DNA of 20,000 bases from an uncultured virus (IMG/VR IMGVR_UViG_3300027832_001134) (lineage: Duplodnaviria; Heunggongvirae; Uroviricota; Caudoviricetes). The notes below the pieces were generated by a model, which saw only the letters and a program-made list of their open reading frames with translations, did not search any database and was not told where the DNA came from. Below, piece after piece: positions 7,983 to 14,655 of this stretch. The DNA is taken from the IMG/VR virus record IMGVR_UViG_3300027832_001134; one strand, written 5' to 3'. Every line of letters begins with the position of its first letter. Position 1 is the first letter of the stretch. Position numbers and translations under genes: made by a program.

Positions 7983-9148
7983 GTCAGCAGTTCAGCTGCG
8001 AGAGTTCGCAGCGCATGCGCCGCAACCAGGGGGACCACGCCGTTGCCACAGAGGCGAAGCCGGTCCACCCGGTGGGCCAACCCATCAGCGCCTCGACGAA
8101 CAGCGGGTTCAAGGTCCTGCGCTGCTCGGAGATATCGCTCCCAGCCATGGGCGTCACCAGGACCTGGCGGCCAAGCAGGCCATTCACCGGCGTGTTCGCC
8201 AATGTCGTCGCCCCATCCTTGTGATCCCGCGCCGTCGGCGTCATCCACATGCGGCTGGCATGGGTCAGATCGGCCGTCTTGCGATTGCCCGCGCTCGGCT
8301 TGCAGCCATCGTTTGCCATCGGCGTCGGCCAGTCCCGCGCCATGCCGTCCAGACCCTTCTCGTGCTTGCGGTCTCCTCCCCGGCTCCGGAAGCTGTCGGT
8401 CTGTGGCGTCGGCCACATCGCGGCGCTGGTTGCCAGGTTCATCCCATGCTTGCCCGCTTCTTGCGAGGGCGTTGGTTTCGTTTGCCGGTTCTCGTTGGCG
8501 CTGGCGCGGGGCGTCGGCCATAGCCGCAACATCTCGGTCCGGTTCCCGCCACTCGACCGGGTCCCAGAGCAGGCGCGCGGGGTCGGCCAATTCGCAGCCT
8601 TCGCGGATGGCAAGGATGAACAGCCGCTCACGCTTGTGCGGCGCGCCGACTTCCGCCGCAGTAAAGAGACCTGCCGCAAGGCGGTAGCCCATGCCGACCA
8701 GTCCGCTGGCGACTTCGGGGAAGCCGAGGCGGAGATGATGGGCGACATTCTCGAGGAAGACGAAGGGCGGCTCGCATTCACCGATGATCCGGGCGACGTG
8801 CGGCCAGAGGTGGCGTGGATCTTCGGTACCAAGGCGTTTGCCCGCAACCGAAAACGGCTGGCACGGATATCCCGCAGTGACGATGTCCACCGCGCCGCGC
8901 CACGGTCGGCCGTCGAAGCTGGCAACATCGTCCCAGACAGGCGCTGGATCCAAGGACGCGTCTTCCATCCGCGCCACGAGAGTGGCTGCGGCGAAGGTTT
9001 CCCGTTCGACATGGCCCACAGTTCGATATCCGGGGATGGCGATGGTGAGCCCGAGGTCGAGCCCGCCGGCGCCGGAGCAGAGCGAGAGCCCAAATAGGTC
9101 TCCGGCTCCGGAAGCGTAGCCGGAGGAAGGTAAAGCCAGGTCATGCAT
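7973..9148 (-). CDS. DNA (cytosine-5) methyltransferase, catalytic 'alpha' frame (lacks motif IX)
   Basis: Motif I SLCSGAGGLDLG, IV GYPCQPFSVAG, VI FLENV, VIII GAPHKRERLFILA, X RLRLCGNGVVP. Start ATG 9148, just after the stop of the upstream MTase. Confidence 0.9.
   Translation of the reverse strand: MHDLALPSSGYASGAGDLFGLSLCSGAGGLDLGLTIAIPGYRTVGHVERETFAAATLVARMEDASLDPAPVWDDVASFDGRPWRGAVDIVTAGYPCQPFSVAGKRLGTEDPRHLWPHVARIIGECEPPFVFLENVAHHLRLGFPEVASGLVGMGYRLAAGLFTAAEVGAPHKRERLFILAIREGCELADPARLLWDPVEWREPDRDVAAMADAPRQRQREPANETNALARSGQAWDEPGNQRRDVADATDRQLPEPGRRPQAREGSGRHGAGLADADGKRWLQAERGQSQDGRSDPCQPHVDDADGAGSQGWGDDIGEHAGEWPAWPPGPGDAHGWERYLRAAQDLEPAVRRGADGLAHRVDRLRLCGNGVVPLVAAHALRTLAAELLTDG
7984..9144 (-). 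CDS. Overlapping +1-frame 'beta' polypeptide of the C5 methyltransferase (WPTP repeats plus motif IX)
   Basis: Frame open for 386 aa from ATG 9144 (MTWLYLPP). Four WPTP and one WMTP units, and C-terminal RTLNPLFVEALMGWPTGWT resembling motif IX. True start uncertain. Confidence 0.7.
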   Translation of the reverse strand: MTWLYLPPATLPEPETYLGSRSAPAPAGSTSGSPSPSPDIELWAMSNGKPSPQPLSWRGWKTRPWIQRLSGTMLPASTADRGAARWTSSLRDIRASRFRLRANALVPKIHATSGRTSPGSSVNASRPSSSSRMSPIISASASPKSPADWSAWATALRQVSLLRRKSARRTSVSGCSSLPSAKAANWPTPRACSGTRSSGGNRTEMLRLWPTPRASANENRQTKPTPSQEAGKHGMNLATSAAMWPTPQTDSFRSRGGDRKHEKGLDGMARDWPTPMANDGCKPSAGNRKTADLTHASRMWMTPTARDHKDGATTLANTPVNGLLGRQVLVTPMAGSDISEQRRTLNPLFVEALMGWPTGWTGFASVATAWSPWLRRMRCELSQLNC

Positions 9149-9152
9149 TGCC

Positions 9153-10406
9153 TCACGCGTCTTTGGTCTTGATTTTATTGAAGGCCTCATCGGAGCCAGA
9201 AAGGACAGCGTCCTTGCCCGTGAACTGCTGCCATCGCTCGACAGCGACATCGACATAGACCGGATTGAGTTCGATCCCGTAGCAGACGCGACCTGTCGTT
9301 TCGGCCGCGATCAGCGTGGTGCCGGACCCCATGAAGGGCTCGTAGACGGCCTGACCCGGGCTGGAATTGTTAAGGATTGGCCGACGCATGCATTCGACAG
9401 GCTTCTGGGTCCCGTGCACGGTTTCCGCATCCTGATCCTTGTTTGCGATCTGCCACAGCGTCGTCTGTTTGCGGTCGCCAGCCCAATGGCCCTTGCCGGT
9501 TTTTTTCACGGCATAGAGACATGGTTCGTGCTGCCAGTGATAATCGCCGCGGCTCAGCACCAAGCGATCCTTGGCCCAGATGATCTGGGATCGGATGTTG
9601 AAGCCTGAGGCAATCAGACTGTCGGCGACCGTGGTCGCGTGCAGTGCCCCATGCCAGACATAGGCGACGTCGCCGGGGAACAACGCCCAGGCCTCGCGCC
9701 AGTCGGCGCGGTCATCGTTCAGCACCTTACCAGTGCGCTTGGTCGCGGCTGCCCCAGCCTTGTTTCGCCAGCCGGGATCGTATTCGACGCCATAGGGCGG
9801 ATCGGTCACCATCAGTTGCGGCTTCACATCACCCAGCAGCCGCTCGACATCGGTGGCCACGGTGGCGTCACCACAGAGCAATCGGTGCTTGCCAAGCACC
9901 CAAAGATCGCCCGGTCGGCTGATCGGGGTTTCAGGGGCCTCAGGAACATCGTCCTCGCCCTCGCGGGAAGCGATCTCAGGATCGACCTCACCGGCCAGAA
10001 GCGCCTTGAGTTCGGCGTCATCGAAACCGATGAGCGACAGGTCGTAGTCCTCGGCCAGCAGGTCGCTCAACTCAGCCGACAGCATCGCCTCATCCCAAGT
10101 CCCGAGTTCCGTCAGCTTGTTGTCCGCGATACGGTACGCCCGGCGTTGCGCCTCGGTCAGATGGCCCAGCACGATCACTGGGGCCTCGGTCAGCCCGAGT
10201 TGCGTTGCGGCCAGCACCCGGCCATGGCCCGCGATCAGTTCTCCGTCATCGGCGACGAGGCACGGCACGGTCCAGCCGAACTCCGCCATGCTGGCGGCAA
10301 TCTTCGCAACCTGATCTGCGCCATGCATCTTTGCATTTTTCGCGTAGGGCTGGAGCTTGGCCAGCGGCCAGGTCTCAATCGCGTCCGGGGCAAAGCTCAG
10401 GGTCAT
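9153..10406 (-). CDS. ParB/Srx-domain fused DNA amino-methyltransferase (N6-A/N4-C, beta class)
   Basis: N-terminal LQPYAKNAKMH...LIAGHGRVLAA...YRIADNKL (ParB-like). TDPPYG (motif IV) precedes HGTQKPV and EPFMGSGTTLIAA (motif I), the beta-class order. Confidence 0.92.
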   Translation of the reverse strand: MTLSFAPDAIETWPLAKLQPYAKNAKMHGADQVAKIAASMAEFGWTVPCLVADDGELIAGHGRVLAATQLGLTEAPVIVLGHLTEAQRRAYRIADNKLTELGTWDEAMLSAELSDLLAEDYDLSLIGFDDAELKALLAGEVDPEIASREGEDDVPEAPETPISRPGDLWVLGKHRLLCGDATVATDVERLLGDVKPQLMVTDPPYGVEYDPGWRNKAGAAATKRTGKVLNDDRADWREAWALFPGDVAYVWHGALHATTVADSLIASGFNIRSQIIWAKDRLVLSRGDYHWQHEPCLYAVKKTGKGHWAGDRKQTTLWQIANKDQDAETVHGTQKPVECMRRPILNNSSPGQAVYEPFMGSGTTLIAAETTGRVCYGIELNPVYVDVAVERWQQFTGKDAVLSGSDEAFNKIKTKDA

Positions 10407-10427
10407 GCTGGTCGGTTCGCCTCAATT

Positions 10428-10572
10428 GGGTGGATGCCCTGGACTCCGGACCCCGGCAGCCAGCCTGGACTCCGCAAAGGGTCCAGCGGCCACCGGGGTG
10501 TCCGGTTCCAAGAGTTTGTTTTGTTGTGGTTTTCAGAAGATCGCGGGTGGATGCCCGCCAGGGTGGCTTCCC
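10428..10572. repeat. Repeated GGGTGGnnnCCC and GGAC(T/C)CC motifs; candidate cosB-like terminase binding sites
   Basis: GGGTGGATGCCC at 10428-10439 and 10545-10556; GGGTGGCTTCCC at 10561-10572; GGACTCC/GGACCCC at 10441, 10448 and 10467; AT-rich spacer around 10510-10540. Confidence 0.55.
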
Positions 10573-10589
10573 AAAAAACCGGCCCTGTC

Positions 10590-10645
10590 GCTAGCGATAT
10601 TGCGCGCTGCGCCCCCCCGTATAGGTTTACGGCCAGGAAGGACCC
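10590..10645 (-). other. Lambda-like cos site (cosQ plus cosN)
   Basis: Minus strand reads GGGTCCTTCCTGGCCGTAAACCTATACGGGGGGGCGCAGCGCGCAATATCGCTA, compared with lambda GGGTCCTTTCCGGTGATCCGACAGGTTACGGGGCGGCGACCTCGCGGGTTTTCGCTA. Consistent with the gpA-type terminase. Confidence 0.75.
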
Positions 10646-10742
10646 GTAAAGTCAGTGGGTTAGCGGGCTGGACCCCGGTTCGGACTCTGGGGTCCACCAC
10701 AAAATCCATCTCGAAAAGGTCTGTGCTGTCCCGCACGCGCCT

Positions 10743-10815
10743 CTCCCGAGTATATCCAACTTATACCCTCGGGAGCCGGTATTTGTCCCTTCGAAAAGTG
10801 TCCGGCGGACACTTT
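10743..10815 (-). promoter_or_regulatory. Candidate late promoter/operator downstream of the DUF6362-like gene
   Basis: Perfect inverted repeat AAAGTGTCCG-G-CGGACACTTT (10795-10815); minus-strand GGGACA-N18-TATAAG; inverted repeat CTCCCGAG/CTCGGGAG (10743-10775). Confidence 0.4.
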
Positions 10816-10833
10816 CCTATCCAGCGCGATCCC

Positions 10834-11262
10834 CTACGCCGCTCCCGCAAGCTTGATCACGGCCTGCTTCGAAAGGTTGCGGTTGAACCGACGGTTGTTG
10901 AGGCGCAGCGAGATGACAGACAGCCCATAGAGCCAGTGCTGGTTGGCCGCAGATCGCTGCAGCCCGACAGTCCAGCAGACTTCTTTCCAACGCGTTCCAT
11001 AGGCGCGCAGCCAAACGATCTTGCCGTCGATGGGCTCGAGGCAGGCGGTCCAAGTCAGCGTCTGCTCCATCCGGCTGATCGCCTGCGGCGACGGAAGCAC
11101 CCGCATGGGCTTGGGTTCCTGTTCGACCTTGTCCGCGAAGCTGTAGACGAACTCGGGCCAGGTGCTGAAGTACCCCGACATGCGCGGTTCGGGCATGCGC
11201 TTGAGAACCCATGCGGCTTCGGCCAGCCTGGCTTCGACGATGCTTGGGGTCCAATCAGCCAT
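10834..11262 (-). CDS. DUF6362-like protein, putative late transcription regulator with C-terminal HTH
   Basis: MADWTPSIVEARLAEAAWVLKRMP...PSPQAISRMEQTLTW...IVWLRAYGTRWKEVCWTVGLQRSAANQHW; occupies the lambda Q position. ATG 11262 overlaps the upstream ORF. Confidence 0.75.
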   Translation of the reverse strand: MADWTPSIVEARLAEAAWVLKRMPEPRMSGYFSTWPEFVYSFADKVEQEPKPMRVLPSPQAISRMEQTLTWTACLEPIDGKIVWLRAYGTRWKEVCWTVGLQRSAANQHWLYGLSVISLRLNNRRFNRNLSKQAVIKLAGAA

Positions 11263-11455
11263 TGCGCACCTCCAGACCTTCGGGCCGCTTGCCATAGAGT
11301 TTCTCGCCAATCTGGCGAATGAGCTCCCGCTCAGGCCAGGTCAGACGATGGTCATCGACGGCAACAGCCAGCACGCCCTGTTCCTTCCAACCCTCCCGCT
11401 TGACTTGATCGGGATCCCGGCGCTGGCCGCCATAGCCTTTGGGGTAAAACCTCAT
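11255..11455 (-). CDS. Small hypothetical phage protein (66 aa)
   Basis: MRFYPKGYGGQRRDPDQVKREGWKEQGVLAVAVDDHRLTWPERELIRQIGEKLYG; ATGA overlap with the RuvC-like stop. Confidence 0.75.
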   Translation of the reverse strand: MRFYPKGYGGQRRDPDQVKREGWKEQGVLAVAVDDHRLTWPERELIRQIGEKLYGKRPEGLEVRNG

Positions 11456-11988
11456 GCCACACCTCCGCCGGTCTCGATTGCCCAGAGCAGGATCGCGATG
11501 GCATCGGCCTCGTTGTCGTCCGCAGGGCTGAACCCGCGGGCTCGGGCCGCGTCGATCATCGCCTGCTTCGGTGCATTGCCCTTGCCGGTGGCGTGGCGTT
11601 TGATCGTGCCCACAGGCACGCCCTGATAAGGCACGCCGCGCAGCTCGGCCCATGCGGTCAGGGTCGCCATCAGACCGCCATAGACATGGGCCGCGTCGGT
11701 GCCGGCATGGCGCCGGACCTCCTCGAACCAGATCGTCTCCACCGGGCCCGACAGCCGGTCAATTTCAGTCAGCCAGTTGGTGAAGCGCAGGTAGCGCATG
11801 CCACCACCGTCGAAGCGGCCGGGGCGAAAGCTGGCCGTGCCACTGCTGATAAGCCCGGTGTGATCCCGCAGCGCCCAACCGGTTGCTGTGCCGAGATCAA
11901 GCGCGAGGGTTGCCATGAGCCGGGAGGATGCGCCCGACAATGGGGGCTTTGCCTGGGGCTCGGTCAGAGTCAGAGTCGTCAACGCCAT
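11452..11988 (-). CDS. RuvC-like Holliday junction resolvase/nuclease
   Basis: LALDLGTATGWA, IWFEEV, VPVGTIKRHATGKGNAPKQAM and DDNEADAIA motifs; ATG 11988 with GGAGA SD. Confidence 0.88.
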   Translation of the reverse strand: MALTTLTLTEPQAKPPLSGASSRLMATLALDLGTATGWALRDHTGLISSGTASFRPGRFDGGGMRYLRFTNWLTEIDRLSGPVETIWFEEVRRHAGTDAAHVYGGLMATLTAWAELRGVPYQGVPVGTIKRHATGKGNAPKQAMIDAARARGFSPADDNEADAIAILLWAIETGGGVA

Positions 11989-12109
11989 GATGGGTCTCCG
12001 TTGAGTAAGGGGGGATTCGTTTTTGGTGGAGGGCGACGGTGGCGTTGTGCTTGGCGGTACGGGCCATCGTCGTCCGACTGATCCGCCCTCAGGGGGGTGC
12101 GCGCGGATA

Positions 12110-12358
12110 TCCCATACGGATGGGGAAAGGGGCCAAACCTGCGGGTTGGCCTCCCCATACGTAGTATGGGGGTTTGACACCTAACTGTTCCGAGAGAGAC
12201 AAGATGCTGATTTCATTCAGAAATAAGACTTCATGAAGTCTTCGGGTATGAGTTAGGGACCTAACACTTATTTTCCCGCAACCTATTGATTTCATTGAAC
12301 GCACTGTTGGTGAAGACATATGTGTTAGGCCTCACTCATATGAGTTAGGTCGTCTTCA
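12110..12358. repeat. AT-rich palindrome/iteron cluster; candidate replication origin
   Basis: 18-bp palindrome AAGACTTCATGAAGTCTT (12225-12242); TATG(A/T)GTTAGG three times (12247, 12319, 12339); inverted CCTAAC (12180, 12260); TGATTTCATT twice (12208, 12287); CCCCATAC-GTA-GTATGGGG (12153-12171). Confidence 0.6.
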
Positions 12359-14655
12359 ACCCCGTCCGGGTAGACCCAGAAGGCTGGGTTTTCGACTTGA
12401 AGGCTGAGCCCGGATTGGGGGCATTTGAAGTGGCTGGGCTGGACTGACCGGGTCGTTGTCGTGACCTCGCCAGTGGTTGGATCGACCTCATCGACGGGTG
12501 CGCCGAACTGCATGCCTTCGACGCAGAGATAGCCAAACCGGGACCGGGTGATGGGGAAACCGAACCCCGAGGGATCGCGCAGAAATTTCACGAACCCCTT
12601 GGTGGAGAGGACGCTGAGGCGCTCTCGGATGGTATGCTTGCTGCCTAGACCGCCCCGGTTCTCGAAGGTCTCGGAAAACTGCATTGCGGTGTAAAGCCGC
12701 TCGCCCGCTGCCTCGTCCAGCAACATTCCCAGAATGACGTCATGCTTGCGCAGCCGTTCGGCATCGAGCCTTGCGCCCACTTCCTTGCGCACCAGGCGCT
12801 CGCTCATCGGGTTCATCTCAACCCAGCGGCCACCTACCTTGTCGATCAGCTTTCCCGCCAGCGCCGGGCCGTTTCGCAACTCGATCTCCAGCCTGCGTTC
12901 GCTTCGGTCTTCATCGGGGCGATGCATGAGCAGCCCCGAGGTGTAGAAACCGCGCAGTGCGCTGGCCCCGGACAAGGCCAGAAACGGATCGTCCTTCACC
13001 TGCTGCTTGCCGAGCTTCTTTGTGTGGTGGGCCAGGATCACGCCGCAGTCGGGATTGATGACATCGCGCAGCACCTCGACCCGGTCCTTGAGAAAGTACA
13101 TCATGGCGTCGTTGTCGTTCTCGCCGCCGCCGCCCGGGCCACCGTCAAAGAGGTTGCGGATCGGGTCGACGCAAAGAATGTCGGGCGGTGCATCCGGGAA
13201 CGCCGCACGCATTGCCTCGATGACCTTGGCGATGCCAGCCTCATTCAGCAGCAGCTTTAGCTTGGGCGTCGCGACAAAGGTTTCGCGGGCAGCGGCGATG
13301 ACCTCCGGCGGAAGCGCGATCTGCTGAAGGCGTTCGCGCAGATAATGATACTGGATTTCCGCCTGCAGGTAGAACACCCGCAACTGTCGTGGCGGGGTAA
13401 AACCGAGGAACGTGATCCCGGCTGCCATGTGCACGAGCCAGGAGATCAGAAAATCGCTCTTACCTACCTTTGGGGCACCGCCGAGCACCAACATGCCGCC
13501 GGGTGTGAGCACCCTTGGCGCAATGATATCCTCCGGCATGGGGGATCGGTCGTCGAGCAAAGCGCCCAGAGTGAACGATGACAACGGCCCCGGCTGGTTT
13601 CGTGCTGCGGCGGTTGTCTCAAGGCGGATCAGCGGCGGGCCGTTCTTCTCGATATGCTTGGCCCAGAGGCGTTCGGATTCCGCCTTAAGGCGATCCTCCG
13701 GCCAGCTCGGGCGCAGGGCGGCTGCACTGTAGCCACGGATCGCCTCCCATCCTTCATCAGGCGACATCCTGCCATCATGGACCATGCGCAGGAAATGACC
13801 GATGGCGACGCTGGCCCCGGTGAAGCGGCTCCAGTCATCCTGATCGCCTTCGCGCACCGGCGTTGTCAGCACCGCGTCCAGCGTCGGCTTGCCGGGTGCA
13901 GCAGCATTGGTAGTGGCCATGCCAACGCCCGACATGGGCGGCATCTCCGCTACCTTGTCTCCGAACTCCTCAAGATCGACCTCAATGGGATGGTGTTCGC
14001 GGATCTGCACAAGGCGCTGATGGCCATGCTTGTGATGAACCGATCCCGCCACCCGGATCGGCTGATGGGCGGAGCGGAAATGCGTGTCGCCGCCAACCTT
14101 GAGAGCGATCTCACCCCGCAGGCGGCAAAGCTCAGCCAGTGCAGTTCCTTCGGCGGGTTCGGTCATCCGCCACCAGACATGCAGCTTGTTGGCCCCTTCA
14201 GAGGTGCGCCCGCCGCTCTCGATGATCAGAGTGGGCTGACCTAGGTGGTGCAGCAGATGATCAAGTTTGGCGGAAATATCGCCGGCATCGAGATCGACGA
14301 CAAGCGCCTGCATCTGCAGCACATCGGCGGATTTGGCCTGTCCGGCCCCAGCGACCGTGCCGGGGATCACATAGACGGCTGCCCCTTCGCGCCAGGCCCA
14401 ATTGGCGAAGGTCGCGAGCTTGGTTGGCGCTGTGGCGTCGGCGTCGATCCAGATGTTGTGTGGTCGGCCCTCTTTACCCTGTCCCATATCGACAAAGCCC
14501 CGGACCGGGATCTGGCCCTCACAATAGCCGAACACGACGTCAATGAAGGTTTCGATCTGGAAGGGATCGGGCTCGACATCGAACGGGTCCTCGATCGAAG
14601 GCGCGTCGTTGAAATCCTGCCAGGGGCTGAAATGGATGATGTTGTCGTCGCTCAT
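12325..14655 (-). CDS. Primase-helicase fusion (RepB-like AEP primase plus AAA_25/RecA-family ATPase)
   Basis: ALVVDLD, ESGG, HVWW and PIRVAGS primase motifs; GGAPKVGKS Walker A, ILCVDP Walker B, ILAHHTKK and LSGASAL. ATG 14655 in ATGA overlap with the upstream stop. Confidence 0.88.
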   Translation of the reverse strand: MSDDNIIHFSPWQDFNDAPSIEDPFDVEPDPFQIETFIDVVFGYCEGQIPVRGFVDMGQGKEGRPHNIWIDADATAPTKLATFANWAWREGAAVYVIPGTVAGAGQAKSADVLQMQALVVDLDAGDISAKLDHLLHHLGQPTLIIESGGRTSEGANKLHVWWRMTEPAEGTALAELCRLRGEIALKVGGDTHFRSAHQPIRVAGSVHHKHGHQRLVQIREHHPIEVDLEEFGDKVAEMPPMSGVGMATTNAAAPGKPTLDAVLTTPVREGDQDDWSRFTGASVAIGHFLRMVHDGRMSPDEGWEAIRGYSAAALRPSWPEDRLKAESERLWAKHIEKNGPPLIRLETTAAARNQPGPLSSFTLGALLDDRSPMPEDIIAPRVLTPGGMLVLGGAPKVGKSDFLISWLVHMAAGITFLGFTPPRQLRVFYLQAEIQYHYLRERLQQIALPPEVIAAARETFVATPKLKLLLNEAGIAKVIEAMRAAFPDAPPDILCVDPIRNLFDGGPGGGGENDNDAMMYFLKDRVEVLRDVINPDCGVILAHHTKKLGKQQVKDDPFLALSGASALRGFYTSGLLMHRPDEDRSERRLEIELRNGPALAGKLIDKVGGRWVEMNPMSERLVRKEVGARLDAERLRKHDVILGMLLDEAAGERLYTAMQFSETFENRGGLGSKHTIRERLSVLSTKGFVKFLRDPSGFGFPITRSRFGYLCVEGMQFGAPVDEVDPTTGEVTTTTRSVQPSHFKCPQSGLSLQVENPAFWVYPDGVEDDLTHMSEA

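Noticed and set aside
8200..8590. GGCGTCGGCCA repeats as a possible CRISPR array, given the Cas4-like gene
   Set aside because: Repeats are only about 11-12 nt, degenerate, irregularly spaced in multiples of 3 and explained by peptide repeats; no cas1/cas2 present.
7864..9119. Plus-strand ORFs across the C5 MTase (7864-8523, 8043-8687, 8249-9097)
   Set aside because: Antisense shadows with no recognisable motifs, unlike the same-strand beta frame, which supplies a missing conserved motif.
7973..9148. C5 MTase as a frameshifted pseudogene
   Set aside because: A single frameshift cannot join motifs I-VIII, IX and X in order, and both frames are stop-free for over 1.1 kb, which fits dual coding better.
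9639..11322. Plus-strand ORFs 9639-10649 and 10357-11322, and minus-strand 10533-10736 across the cos region
   Set aside because: They overlap well-supported genes or the cos/regulatory region; composition is not protein-like.
11989..12180. N-terminal extension of the RuvC-like ORF in the track (similar extensions for protease, primase, DUF6362, DUF3489 and C5 MTase)
   Set aside because: Downstream ATGs have SDs or stop-start overlaps; the extensions run through intergenic DNA or upstream genes.
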